The notes: generated from the sequence alone by a model not told the origin. Positions 19,376 through 32,581 are shown, numbered from the stretch's first letter. The stretch is DNA of 64,000 nucleotides from Octopus sinensis (GCF_006345805.1 NC_043014.1:21142001-21206000), one strand, 5' to 3'. Made by a program: numbers and translations.

Positions 19376-19401
19376 CCTTCTAACCACACACACACGTGTA
19401 T

Positions 19402-19439
<38 letters not shown>

Positions 19440-19953
19440 GCCATTGATCATGGAAAATTAAATGCCTTTGGAACAAAATGTGAGACTCTTTGCTTTGTCA
19501 CTTATTGGTTCTATTTCTTGACTTTTGGTTTTAATTGTCCTTTACTTTTTTGCTATTGACTTCTCTGTTCAGTTAAACTCACAACCGTGGTGATGTAGTT
19601 GAATTGGAAATTCCCATCGACAGTATAACCTTTATTTCATTAGATAAGTTACGTTGAGCATATCTCTTTGCACAACTATTGCATCATGAGCTTCAACAAG
19701 CTAAGAAACATATGTAGCATGCATTGTACCTGTTCCACTGCCTCAATTTGGATATTCGCATTTGTAGCAACTCTAGTCGCTAACTGTCAGCTTATCGAAT
19801 TGGAAAAACTTCAGTATTGGAAAAAGCGTGTAACTCTCGATGACAATACTGTCCATTTTTTGTTCTCTATACCTACCATTCACTACTTGAAGCTTACCAA
19901 CTTCTTACAATGGAATCCTCGTGTATGTACGCACACGCACACACACACACACC

Positions 19954-19995
<42 letters not shown>

Positions 19996-20022
19996 TAGAT
20001 AGATAGACAGACAGACAGCCAA

Positions 20023-20104
<82 letters not shown>

Positions 20105-20490
20105 GGCTTCTTACAGTTTCCGTCTACCAAATCCACTCACAAGGCTTTGGTCAGCCTGAGTAAATAGTAGGAGACACTTGCCCAAGGTGTCACACAGTAG
20201 AACTGAACCAGTAACCATGTGGCTGGGGAGCAAACTTCTTAACAAAAGAAGCATGCCTGCGACTATTGATATTCTAAAATATATAATTTATGTATGTGCG
20301 CGAGTGTGTTCGTGTTTGTCCCCATCATCGCTTTTTAATCGGTATTAATTTGTATACATCCCTGTAACTTAACGGTTCAGCGAAAGACACCGATGCAATA
20401 GTACCTGACTTAATATGTACTGGGGTCGATTTGTCCAAGTAAACTTTCAAGGTGGTGCAACAGCATGGCCACAATCCAATGACTGAGACC
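20105..20490. mobile_element. SINE family A fragments (5' half on minus, 20105-20260; 3' half on plus, 20310-20490)
   Basis: Similar to the family A head and tail. Confidence 0.8.
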
Positions 20491-20515
20491 AGGAAAAGAT
20501 ATGTATGTTCGTATG

Positions 20516-20850
20516 GAGGCGCGTAGCTTAGTGGTTAGGGTACTTGGCTCGCGATCGTAAGGTGATGAGTTCGATTCCCAACAGCGCGTTGTGTGCTTTA
20601 GCAAAACACTTTATTTCGCGTTGCTCAAGTCCACACAGCTGGCAAAAATTAGTAGTATCTGTATTTCAAAGGGGCCATCCATGGCACATTCTGTGTTACA
20701 CTGATCTTCCTGGGAACTACGTGAAGAGTACGTAGGTCTGTGAGTATTCAGCCACTTGTATATTCATTTCATGAGCAGGCAGTTCCGTTGATCGGATCAA
20801 CCGGAACCCTCACCGTAGTAACCAATGGAGTTCCACTTAGTTTAGTTTAC
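20516..20850 (+). mobile_element. tRNA-headed SINE, family B (CORE-like segment)
   Basis: The head GGCGCGTAGCTTAGTGGTTAGG...GAGTTCGATTCCC is followed by TTTAGCAAAACACTTTATTTCGCGTTGCTC; related to 33474-33770 and 34270-34430. Confidence 0.75.
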
Positions 20851-20999
20851 AAACGAGACGAAAAGATAATTAAATATTTTATTAAAGTGTATGTATTTTA
20901 TTATTTGTGAAGCTGAAAGCAGTTTAAAAGATATAACCTTAACCTGAATTTTTTTGCGAAACCCATTTCAGTTCTTCTTTATGGTTAGAATTAAAATCC

Positions 21000-22060
21000 T
21001 TTCGTATCGCCATGAAGTCCTGGTACTCATTGTGGAAACATCCAGCTTCTTACATGCTTTTATTCGAGGTCACTGTTTTTTCTTAGACCCCACCCACCCC
21101 AACCACCAATAGCTTTTCTTAGTTCCCCATCCTTATCTAGCCTTCATTTCTTTCCCTTCGCCACAAGAAGTTAAGAAGATACTGCTGTTACTGTTCATAG
21201 ACTTTAACTAGTCAAGACTGAAGGAAGAGGCTTTGCATCATTGACCTATTAGTGGATTAAGGACGAGTTGATATCATTTAGTAGCACTCAAATCATTTTC
21301 CCGTTCAGCAACTAGAATTTCTTCTCTGAACTACCAGTTTCATTTACCTTCCCCTACTCCCTCAATGGGGGTCAAATTCCTTGATAGTCATGCAGACTTC
21401 AAGGTCATTAAAACTTGGACGTTGATACAGATCCTAGACGACTAGATCTTTTGCTAATCATCTCTATACTCCCATATAACCGTATTGTTGCACAAAGATG
21501 TTGAAAAGCCAAAAGTTAACGTCTTAATATCTCTGACTGCAATTCTGTTCTTGAGACATAAATCTGTGTACAGACGTGTTTCATAAGCGCTCTTTCCCTC
21601 TGAGTCCTCATCTCATCCCAGTTTTTTCCCATTCATTAAGCATACGTCCAGTCACACATCTGCTCGATCTCCTTCAACTCCTTCTTCCGAGGTCTATATA
21701 TATAAACCACTTCTGTTTTTGAAAAACAAGTAGGCTTCATTCTTCCTCGCTCTTTCCTAGATATATTCGTCAGGCAAGTAGGAACTGCCTCTTACTCCAC
21801 ATCTTGTCATTTGCTTTTCGTTTTTCTTCAAATGGATTAAGTTGAATTACTTTTTGTGCTCCACTACGTCATCAAGTGGTGAAAGGTAACTGTTGTTATT
21901 GATATTATCATTTCTGCTTGTAGTCTTTTCGTTCAACTTGTTTCTGATGTTATTAGTTTTTAACTCTTCTTTTGTACAAATGTAACTGTCTAGGTGGTTT
22001 TCGTTTTGTGTTATAGTTTTTTCTTTTTCGTATGAAAGTAATTTGGGGATGTGCATTTCT
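21000..22060 (-). pseudogene. Possible highly decayed L1/Tx1 ORF1-like relic
   Basis: Frame-shifted pieces (FIYIYRPRKKELKEIEQMCDWTYA..GKNWDEMRTQRERALMKH) weakly resemble ORF1 of the Tx1 at 50400-50700; judged by eye only. Confidence 0.3.
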
Positions 22061-22359
22061 TCTTACCATTACAAGACAGCCATTACACACCATATATATA
22101 TATAATTAAAATGAGGGTGAAAAATTGGATATTAATTTGATAACATCAATTTTAACACCAGTGGTCTAGCATATAAAAAACTGAGGTTCAGTAAATAGTA
22201 TTACATACATATATGAGGGAATTTACCACTATGTGGAAATCCTTATGCTAGAAGAAGATCTGCTGTGGTCTTACCACGAAGAATTGTTCTCTAGAAGATT
22301 TAGCAAACACCAGAAACGTAAGCGAGTAAGACAAATGAAAAGTAACAAAAATATAGATT

Positions 22360-22438
22360 AATCATAAACAAATGTTTCGCTATCAACAAATTACGTAATT
22401 TTAGTTATAAAATTTATCTGTAGATCTTCAGTATGATC
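22360..22438 (-). ncRNA. Minimal type-I hammerhead ribozyme-like motif (left arm)
   Basis: GAUCAUA-CUGAAGA-U-stem II-C-GAAAC-AUUU-GUU-UAUGAUU on the minus strand; distal stem II is less well paired than in the right copy. Confidence 0.55.
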
Positions 22439-22618
22439 GTCCATACAAATATTATTTACAGAACTACATACCAGACATCGACACGAGGTCGAATATGCAT
22501 GCAGTTCTACCTATTACATTTGTGGTTATTTTTCAAAAGTCTTCGTTTTGGCGCGCATGCATATTCGACCTCGTGTTGATGTCTGGTGTGTAGTTCTGCA
22601 AATTATATTTGTATGGAC

Positions 22619-22697
22619 GATCATACTGAAGATCTACAGATAAATTATGTAAGTAAAATTACGTAATTTGTTGATAGCGAAACATTTGTTTATGATT
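22619..22697 (+). ncRNA. Minimal type-I hammerhead ribozyme-like motif (right arm)
   Basis: Stem I is GAUCAUA(22619-25)/UAUGAUU(22691-97) and the core is CUGAAGA (22626-32). Stem II includes a 13-bp AUAAAUUAUGUAA/UUACGUAAUUUGU helix, GAAA is at 22679-82, stem III is AC/GU, and the cleavage triplet is GUU (22688-90). The 10.1-11.1 pair is U-C rather than G-C. Confidence 0.6.
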
Positions 22698-24559
22698 AAT
22701 CTAAATTTTTGTTACTTTTCATTTGTCTTGCTCGCTTACGTTTCTGGTGTTTGATAAATCTTCTAGAGAACAATTCTTAGAGGACGTAAAGACGGACGAA
22801 ATGCTGTTAAGAATTTTGTCCGGCGTCCTAAAGTTTCTGCTAGCTTGCCGCCTAAGGCCACTTGTATATATATATATATATATATATAATGCAACGATCT
22901 TTTATCAGAGAATCATTAGCATTTTAAAATATCTGAAAATGAACGTTTCCTCTACGCTAGACAAAGAGGCAGACGTTCAAGTATTCCGAATCTTTTATTA
23001 GTAGAAAGAATACTCCGATTTTTTCTCACAAGGTAACTCTGCAAGAAAATATCTTCGAGCTGCAGCTTTGCGAAACGTGACCATTCACAGAGAACAGTAA
23101 GCAACAATAACAACATTAAATAAAGAAATACAATGTAGTCGAGTCGAGAAACGTCAAATTGACACACAGAATGAAGCTATAATATTCTAAAATATCCATT
23201 AACAAATAACTGTTTAATTCGCGTCAAGAATGATTCGCTGCCATCATTATTAGTTCATCATTTCGTCCCTTTCTACTTGTTCTTCATATCTTTAATAACG
23301 TGTCTCTTTTTCACTCTAAATGCTAATTAAAAATGGAGTGATAGGCGAACGAAACACGAGATTAATTACTTAATTACTTTCGTTAAAGCAAGTAGTGTCT
23401 GACAAGGAATGTTTTTCCTTAGTGATTAATCTTCTTCAAATATGAATTTAAAAATTTAGTGAAGCTGTGGGAATAGGAAGACGGAAAGAGGTTTGAACTG
23501 TTCAGCAATTTCAAATTTTTTTGTGCTTTGTTTAATATTATCCACGTAGATCTAATTATTATTTTTTTTTGTTTTGCTTTGCTTTGTTTTGTTTTTATCT
23601 GTTGCAGTAATTTATTATATCTCTTTACTTTTTAAGTTCAAATCCTCCTGAGGACGACATGTTTCCGCGCAAAGATTTGATAAAATAAAGTACCAGTTAA
23701 GTACTATGAGTTAATGAATTTTATCCGACCCACCACATCGAATTTTGTGTCTATATTAGAAATCATTGGTTGTTGTTGGTGTTGTTTAGTCCTAGGGGAA
23801 CCCTGTTTAAGAATACCAGTGATCAAAGACATCCCATCTGTATTCATCACGTCTATTTAAGGGGATATACGACTAGATTACCTATTGTGTTTTTCTTCCG
23901 CTATAACCGTACCTATGATCAAATACATTTCATCTGTGCCCATCACGTCTGTTCAAGAGGATCTACAACTAGGTCATTTATTGTGTTTCTTCTCCCCTCT
24001 TTAAGACGGACGGATTTGATTTGATAAAGAGCTGACTGTTACGTCTAGCAGATCGAGTGACTGAGAAGAAGCAACGTTGTCATCGTCATCGTCGTCGTTG
24101 ATGTTGTTACTTCTGCTGTTGCTACTGCTGCTTCTGTTGTTGTTGTTGTTATCGTTACTAGTGCTGTTAAGGCAATAGATAGCAGAATCGATAAAATGCT
24201 TTAGTTAACGTTCTTCAACGTTTTGATGTCAGATATTCCAGGTGATGTCATGGGGTCAATAAAACAAACTAATGTCGAAATATCTCGCTATTCCCCTCCC
24301 CAACAAAATGTATAACCTCATACATATGTTGGAAACCAATATTATTATCATTTTTAGAGAGATTGTTACACAACATCAGATCAAATGCAGCACTCGCAGA
24401 AATAGGTTAACTGCTGCTTTTGACTTCTGATCTTAAGTTCCACCGAGCTTAACTGTAACTTTCATCATTCTATCGATAAAATGAAGGACCAGTCAAGTAT
24501 TGGAGATCGATATAATCATGTCTGCCGCCTCTTCTAAAATCATGTGATCATGTGCCTAC

Positions 24560-25015
24560 AATATTGGTTTCAAATTTTGGCACAAGGCCTGCAGTTTCGG
24601 GGGAGTGGCATTAGTCGATTACATCGTCCTCAGTGCTCAACTGGTACTTATTTTATCAAGCCCCGAAAGGAGGAAAAGCAAAGTCGACCTCGGCGAACTC
24701 AGAACATATGGACGGGCGAAATGCCGCTCAGCGTTTTGCCCGGCGCAGTAACGATTCTGCCAGCTCGCCGCCTTCATTATAATTAATAATCTTGTCTACT
24801 AAAAGCACAGGGCCTGAAATTTTAGAGAAGTGGACAAGTCGATTACATTGATCCCGGTGCTCAGCTGGTACTTATTTCATCGACCCCGAAAGGATGAAAG
24901 GCAAAGTCGACCTAAGCGGAATTTGAACTTAGAACGTAAAGACGGAAGAAATGCCACAAAGCATCTCGCCCGGCGTGCTGACGATTCTGTCAGCTAGATG
25001 CCTTCATTATAATTA
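24560..25015 (-). mobile_element. Two tandem copies of short SINE family C
   Basis: Each copy has TTGGCACAAGGCC...TCGATTACAT...GGTACTTATTT...GGCAAAGTCGACCTCGGCGGAATTTGAACTCAGAACG...GCTCGCCGCC, a motif repeated many times in the window. Confidence 0.85.
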
Positions 25016-25206
25016 TTAATGAGGCAGCAAAGCGGTAAGGTTGTCAGAGCGCCACTTCAATTTCCTTGATATATCTGTTCCGGCCAAGGTTACATTTACA
25101 TGTAATATTTTCGAGTTCTATTTTCGAGTTCTATTTTCGAGGCCTGCCTGCCTGCCTCCCCTCCTCTCTCTCTCTCGCTCCCTCTCCCCCCTCTCTCTCT
25201 CTCTCG

Positions 25207-25248
<42 letters not shown>

Positions 25249-25269
25249 CCCTCTCAGAATCGGCTTCGT

Positions 25270-25310
25270 TGCTCTATATAAAAGGTCGAGGAGGCCCATT
25301 CACTGCTTTC
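25270..25310 (+). promoter_or_regulatory. Candidate TATA-box/Inr core promoter after a (CT)n tract
   Basis: CTATATAAAAGG at ~25274-25285, with Inr-like CCATTCACT about 25 nt downstream. It may be TE-derived. Confidence 0.3.
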
Positions 25311-25544
25311 TTTCTGCAGAACTGAAGAGTGACGCGAGTGGCTAATAACTTCTCATATGGTTCTGTGAAAAAGACATTGGAATGCCTTCGATAAAAAAAA
25401 ATCTACTCAAATTTGGATGACAGAACTAAACAGCAACGACAACAACTCTGTGTTCTAATTGACCCACTATCCAAATATTTAATTGTTTCATAAGACAATG
25501 GATACTGAATAAAAGCATTGATGTTAAGTGTAAAAAATCTAGAC

Positions 25545-25895
25545 CAGGAGTTTTCAGCCATTTAAAAAAAATCTATGGACCCCTTTGATTATTGCTTTAT
25601 TCTGACAGATCCCCGTAGCCATTTGATGTTTTAAAAAACTAGTTTTATAGAAACTGCTTTCAAAATTCCTGTTTTGTTTTTCACATATTTAACTTGTGTA
25701 GGTAACTATGTAAAATATTAGAGAAAGAAACCCGGCTGTTTCTTGCAATACATACCAATATTGTACATCTAAAGCAAATTTTTTCAGGGGCCCTTAATGT
25801 TCAATTGTGGGTCCACAATTTACTATTTTGTTGAGTGGACCCTCAACAATTTTATATGGACACTCAGGGGCCATATGGAGCATGGTTGAGAACTA
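25545..25895. mobile_element. Non-autonomous hAT-type MITE
   Basis: The ends CAGGAGTTTTCAGCC / GGTTGAGAACT are imperfect TIRs and the left flank is TCTAGAC (Charlie-like target). The element is homologous, inverted, to 54096-54493. Confidence 0.55.
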
Positions 25896-26254
25896 GTATA
25901 GGTATGGGCGTGAGTTCGATCCCTAAGTCAGTCGGACAATATATAGTTTGGTTGAAGTGAACCGAGCTAGTAATATCACAAATAGGAGATTAATGAACAA
26001 GAGAATATCCTTGGTATAGTTAACGGATTGAAAACAGTCTATGGCCGTGGACTTAAGGGTTTCGATCTGAAATCCTGAAAACGTTTCTGAATACAGTAGT
26101 CACCCGAAGAAGGCTGAAATGTTGTGACTATAATAACCAAGATGAGTTCGAATACATCAGAGTATAATGATAATTCCCCGCATCAGAAATTTAGATAAAA
26201 AAATAACATTTACAAAGCATTGCATTTTTTATTCCTTATTATTTTAAAGCATGC

Positions 26255-26460
26255 TAGTACTGCGAGCTGGCAGAATCGTTAGCACGTTGGGTAAAAATAC
26301 CCATCGGCTTTTTGTTCCGAGTTCAAATTCCGTGGAAGTCGACTTTATCTTTTAAACTTTCGGAGTCGATAAAATAAGTACCAGTTGAATACTAGGATCG
26401 ATGTAACCGACTTAACCTCCTTCCCCGAACTTTCTGTCCTTGTGCCAAAATTTGAAACTG
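26255..26460 (+). mobile_element. SINE family C
   Basis: GCGAGCTGGCAGAATCGTTAGCACG...GAGTTCAAATTCC...GTGCCAAAATTTGAAAC. Confidence 0.85.
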
Positions 26461-27090
26461 TTATTTAAAAGCATGTTTTATTAATTCTTTTCTATAATTT
26501 TCGTAAATTTTGGATTTCACTATAAGACATTTTGAAAAAAAAAAGAAAAGAAAACATACAATAAAAAGCCGGGACGGAATACGGTTAAAATCTCCTAAGT
26601 GCCAGGCATTCTTCACCTCATTTTTTATACTGGACCCCCCCCCCCGAAACTTGGCTTCTTTTATCAGAAGGAAGCCCTGAAAAAATAGAGGGCTATGTGC
26701 ACTACTCTTCCTCTCATTAAGCAAACTGACCACTGCCGCATCTCTTTTGCTATAACCACCAGATATAAACTGAACCTTCTTTATTTCGTTACTGCTGTAT
26801 AAAACCCATGTAGAGTCTGAGGAACAAATCAAAGGTGTTCCAGTCGGAATCTTTATTTTTATTTTTCAGGTATGCTATGTCTATGATTACATTACTAAAT
26901 GTGCCAGTCTCCGTTTTAAGATTGTACGATATGTTTTGATGGAGATTTAGCTGCTATTTTCGGCAGGTTTAGCGACCACATCAAAGTATTGTCGTTGGCT
27001 TGGCCTCTCCGCTGTTGTTGTTGTTGTTGTTGTTGATAATGATGTTGTGGTTGTTGTTTCTATTGTTGATTTTGTTGCTGCTGTTGTTGT

Positions 27091-27133
<43 letters not shown>

Positions 27134-27134
27134 A

Positions 27135-27173
<39 letters not shown>

Positions 27174-27499
27174 CCAACGACGACGATTATCATGTTGTTG
27201 GTGCTTTTTTAAGCTTCAGGTCATCTCTGATCGAGGCCCAAACCAATGATAACACAGACATTTGATCAAAGGCGGTCCAGGCATAACCATTTCACCAAGC
27301 CTAGACATTGTCCGGTGTCTATATTCATAACGGTGTAAGTGTGACTTGGTTGAAAGGGAGGCGAGACAATGTTAACGCAAGATCCAGTAGACATGTTGAA
27401 CCGTTTCGCAAAACCCAAGCAAATGCCCGACACGGCACCAAGGATGAGTGGACAGGTGAATTATGGATACATGACCATTGTAGAGAGAATAGTTTAGCG

Positions 27500-27890
27500 C
27501 AGGCGTGGCAGTGAGGTAAAAAGATTGCTTCCCAACCACATTTCCTGGTTCAGGTGTTGAAGTGATTGCAAAGCAGCGTGAGGTGAAGTGTTTTGCTCAA
27601 GAACACGACGCGTCTAGGAATGGAAATCACGATCACTAGATCACGAGGGCAACTCCCTAACCACTAAGCCATGCACCCTCACACGTGTGTGTGTGTTTAT
27701 GTGTGTCTTTGTGTTTGTCCCCATCAACGCTTGACAACCGGTGATAGTGTGTTTATGTCCTCGTAACTTCGTGTTTCGACAAAACTGACCGATAGAATAG
27801 TACCGGGCTTAAAAACAAAATAAATAGGCACTGTGGTCAAATTATCCGACCAAAATCTTCCGACTGAAACAAATAAAAGATAAAAGATTC
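27500..27890 (+). mobile_element. Decayed or composite SINE (family A ends, with an antisense family-B-like insert)
   Basis: The family A head (GCAGGCGTGGCAGTGAGGTAA) and 3' body (CATCAACGCTTGACAACCGGTG...) flank a segment complementary to the family B head. Confidence 0.55.
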
Positions 27891-28098
27891 CATATGGAAT
27901 GCATGAGTGTCATTGCTGTTGCTAAAGTGGCTAACCACCCCCATCATCTCTGTCCGAGCAGATACATGACAAAAGATATTCCATTTGTGACCATCCCGTC
28001 TTTTCGGTTTGTCTAGAACAAACGTGGTTTTTCATGTTATTAAGTTTTTTTTAAGAGAGATGCAGACGATAATTTCAGTGAGATTTTTGATACTGTTT

Positions 28099-28159
<61 letters not shown>

Positions 28160-29487
28160 AGCTGCTGCTGCTGCTGCTGCTAAAAATTAAATTCAGAAGA
28201 GCAAAAAATAATTATCATACTGCTGATTTCTCACACTATTAGAGCACTATAAGATTAACAACATCATAACCAAACGACGTCACTTTTATTTCTTTCACCC
28301 AGATAAACCAACTCCTATTCCATTTTATTTTATTCTATTATTCTTCTATTCTTATTCATCACCTACTTGCCCCTTTCTCATCCTCCACTTCTCTCTCTCT
28401 TTTTCTCTAACTTTTGTTCTTATTAATAGTGTGTTTGTATCTATGTGTATGTATGTGAGTGGAAGAAGGAGTTACCTTTCTCTCACTTATACACATACAT
28501 TCACACACACATATAAACACATACACACACACATACATACATACATACATGCATACATACATACATACATACATACATACATACATACATACATACATAC
28601 ATACATACATACACATTCACTATTATACATACATACAAGTGTGTGAATGTGTGTGTGTCTATTCTTTTCTTTCTTTTCTTCTCCCTTAATTTCTCTCTTT
28701 AATATTTCCCTTCATTTTTACGTCAGCCATATTATTATTTTTTTTTAGCAACCCACTTAACTTTCACTGACCACCATTTTGTCTTTTACGGCACAAAATC
28801 CTCTTTTATTTACCGTAGCATCATTTTCACAAATATCTCTCTACAACGCTACAAAAAATACCAACTTCCTTCCTCTTTAGCCACAAGTTGAAATCATATA
28901 TGTGCCCGCCTTCCTCCTCTCTCACCCTTTTCCCCTATAGACAATTAATAATGCTGTATTTTTTTTGTCATTTTTTGTCTCCTTCCGTGTCTTCGTTCTT
29001 TATTTCTTTATTCTTTGGTTACTTATTCGATCTGTATTACTTTTGAGAACGTGTGTCTATGTACGTGTTAAAGTGTGTGTGTATGTGTGAGTGTATGCGT
29101 GTAAGTGTGTTTGTATTGGTGTGCTTCTATAGATTGAGGATTTCACGATTATTTTAATATGTATGTATGTGCATATATGTGTGTGTGTGTACGTGTATAC
29201 CTACATATATATTTATATGCATATGTATACATATCTATGTATGTATTATATCTATATGTATAAGTATATATATGTATGTGTGTGTATGTATAAACATATG
29301 AATATATATATAGTTATATGAAGATACATACATATCTATGTATGTATGTGTATACATATATATATTTATATGTGCGTATATACATACCTATTTATATGTG
29401 CGTATATACACATATACATCATATATGCACATATATTTATACACATTTACATTCATACATATATATTCATATATGTGTGTGCGTGTG

Positions 29488-29518
<31 letters not shown>

Positions 29519-29982
29519 ATGTATATATCTACTGCATATGTGAGAAATTCTGTCTGTGGATGTGTTTGTGAAGTTGTTAGCTAACTCCTCCTATATCGTT
29601 TTATCGATTTTGATTAAACTTGACATGTGAGTAGAACTCATGTCTAGAAACCTCATGGCATACTCATATTGTTGAAAACACCGATAATAGGGCCCCTGGA
29701 AGGGATCCTTATACATATCTAATACATCTTATTTTAAAAGCCAAGAGAACTAACCCATTCATTTTCCTAAATTATTTGGTAAAAATGAAATTGGGTATGC
29801 TTATTTCTTAGTATTTGAATTGTTAGAGTTATTTTCGCATTTGATCCAAGTATTTTCCTAAACAATAGATCCACTTATTTCGATTAGTGACTTATTCACG
29901 AATATACCAACACTAGCGTCCCTGAGGGTAATATTCTCAGGAAACGCACAAAAGCCCTTTTCAGAGTTATTTACTTTGAATT

Positions 29983-30015
<33 letters not shown>

Positions 30016-30837
30016 ACTTACTTGGAAAAGGATGCGTGGCGATCGATTATATAAAAATATAAATAATATATAAATATATGCATATATACATACATATATG
30101 TACATGTATATATACATGCATATATGGGTGCAGAACATAAAAAAAAACGTTGAACACAATGAGAAACGAAAACAAAAACAAAAATATAGAAAACGAACTT
30201 TTTTTCGAACAACGAAAGAAACAAACAGATAAACGAGACATGCAACATAAAAAATATTTCCCTTCATCAGTTGTCCCTGTTTCATCAACTCCGCGTACAA
30301 AGGCAAAGACATTAGGCGACTTCATTGAAACAATCCTTCCCGCAAAGCAAATTAAATAAAATTTGGGATTTTTTGCAGAGGGTGAAAGTGGTAACAAGAA
30401 CAGGACAGTGAGAATAAGACTGTAAAAACAAATGGTGAGGGCTGTTGAGTCAAGACGATGGAAAAATTATTATGAATGCTAGGAGGACGAGCTTATGAGA
30501 GGAGACAGGTATAAGCACGTCTTGTCCTTAGGAAGGAAATGGGCAGAAATATAGATTCCATTTCGTCACGTGTAAGTGACGAGAGAGTCAAGGAGGAAGA
30601 GATATATGAGTAGATAAGTATTTGATACAGATCTGCGTATGTACATTCTGCATACATGTACACTGTGTATGTATATGTGCGTTGATGCACACATACGTAT
30701 ATACGTACATACGTACGTACATACATACATACATACATACATACATACATACATACATACATACACGTACATACATACATACATACATACATACATACAT
30801 ACATACATACATACATACATACGTACATACATACATA

Positions 30838-31205
30838 CATGTTCCGGGTTCAGTCCCATTGCGTGGCACCTTGGGTAGGTGTCTTCTACTATAGCCTCGG
30901 GCCGACCAATGCCTTGTGAGTGGATTTGGTAGACGGAAACTGAAAGAAACCCGTCGTATATGTGTGTGTGTGTGTGTGTGTGCGTGTTTGTGTGTCTGTG
31001 TTTGTCCCCACCCCCAACATCGCTTGACAACCGTATGCTCGTGTGTTTACGTCCCCGTCGCTTAGCGGTTCGGCAAGAGAGACCGATAGAATAAGTACTA
31101 GGCTTACAAAGAATAAGTCCTGGTGTCGATTTGCTTGACTAAAGGCGGTACTCCAGCGTGGCGGCAGTCAAATGACTGAAGCAAATAAAAGAATAAAAGA
31201 GAAAA
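30838..31205 (+). mobile_element. SINE family A, 5'-truncated
   Basis: Similar to 18480-18857. Confidence 0.9.
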
Positions 31206-31239
31206 AAGAATGCATACACATACACCCATAATTTAACGC

Positions 31240-31489
31240 CGTCATTATCATCACCATCACCATCACTAGCAATCTCAACATGATTTTTATCAAACTGACG
31301 CTCAGCATCACACCCATCATCCACATAATCCTTATTAGCGTCCTTATAAGTGATAGTATTATAATCATCCTTATCACCAATAGTATCTCCATCATCAACA
31401 TCGTCATAGTCATTATTACCACCAGCATTATCAGCATTATCGCCATCACGATTACTACCATCATCCGCTTCAGTAACCATCATTATCAT

Positions 31490-31521
<32 letters not shown>

Positions 31522-31656
31522 TACCATCATCATTACTATCATCATGAGCATCATCGTTATCATCATCACCACCACCACCACCACCACCACCATCCTCCTG
31601 CTCCTCCTCCTCATCATCATCATCATCATCGCCACCACCACCACCATTATCATTAC

Positions 31657-31697
<41 letters not shown>

Positions 31698-31859
31698 CCA
31701 TCATCACAATAAGAATTGCCATCAGTGACATTATCATAGTAAGAATCAGAATCATCACTATTGGCATACCGTCTGTCATCAAAATCATCTTTATAAAGGT
31801 AACAACGATGATGATGACGACAACAACGACAAAGTCGATGGTAATGACTATGATGATGA

Positions 31860-31891
<32 letters not shown>

Positions 31892-31894
31892 CGG

Positions 31895-31951
<57 letters not shown>

Positions 31952-31985
31952 CGGTAATGATGATGAGGATGATGATGACGATGAC

Positions 31986-32051
<66 letters not shown>

Positions 32052-32095
32052 GACGACGACGACGACGGCAATGACGACAATTACGATGATGATAG
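31240..32095. repeat. Degenerate (CAT)n block followed by a (GAT)n block
   Basis: Directly visible; the strand switch is centred near the palindrome CTTTATAAAG (31789-31798). Confidence 0.9.
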
Positions 32096-32581
32096 GTAAA
32101 ATAGAAGTGTATAAAAAGAGCAGTTTCCTTAAAAAGTAAGAGAGAAAGAGAAGCACACATGATGACACCAACAATAGACAGTAGACTACGCACGACACAG
32201 AAATACAGATAACTGAGACATACAGACAAACTGGCACACAGAAAGGCTTGTGCGCAGATTCACATAAAACTAAACAAAATACATTAAAAGACAAGGGAAA
32301 AAAGAACACGAGCAAGTAGAAAGCGAGCTCGTTAAAATCATGTGACCTATTTTTGTAGATTTTGTGTCCTGTGGAGATGGCGGCCATTTTGTTGTTTTCC
32401 TTCTTTGCGTTGTGGTTATTATTCTATTTGTTCGACGTATGCATAAATGCTTTTGGTTTTGGTTGTTGTTAGTTGAAAAGGGAACGATTTATTTGATAAA
32501 CTGAAGATGGAAGATCATTATGTATCATTTAGTTTGGCCATTTATAGATTCACCCACGTTCTGCGATTGTCTTCGTCATTC

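Larger units (their letters stand above)
22279..22778. mobile_element. Fold-back element: 224-bp inverted arms (22279-22502 and 22555-22778), 52-nt loop; PLE pLTR-like
   Basis: The arms are reverse complements with 10 mismatches in 224 bp by manual comparison. They share CTGAAGATCT...TTACTTTTCATT with the pLTR behind the GIY-YIG at 18280-18345. Confidence 0.9.

Noticed and set aside
19690-19860. Possible BED zinc-finger relic on the minus strand (SCYKCEYPN*GSGTGTMH)
   Set aside because: Too degenerate, with stops inside the motif and no adjacent hAT transposase motifs recognised.
26461-26832. 123-aa non-repetitive ORF
   Set aside because: No recognisable domain or convincing splice context; it includes poly-C and poly-A runs typical of non-coding DNA.
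29915-29950. CCTGAG/CTCAGG hairpin followed by AAACGC, hammerhead-like
   Set aside because: There is no CUGAnGA core 5' of the stem and no stem I.
31139-32080. 313-aa ORF and similar long ORFs (12724-13566, 8961-9656, 7831-8595, 39922-40569)
   Set aside because: These are translations of stop-free simple repeats; they have no domain, and overlapping ORFs occur in several frames.
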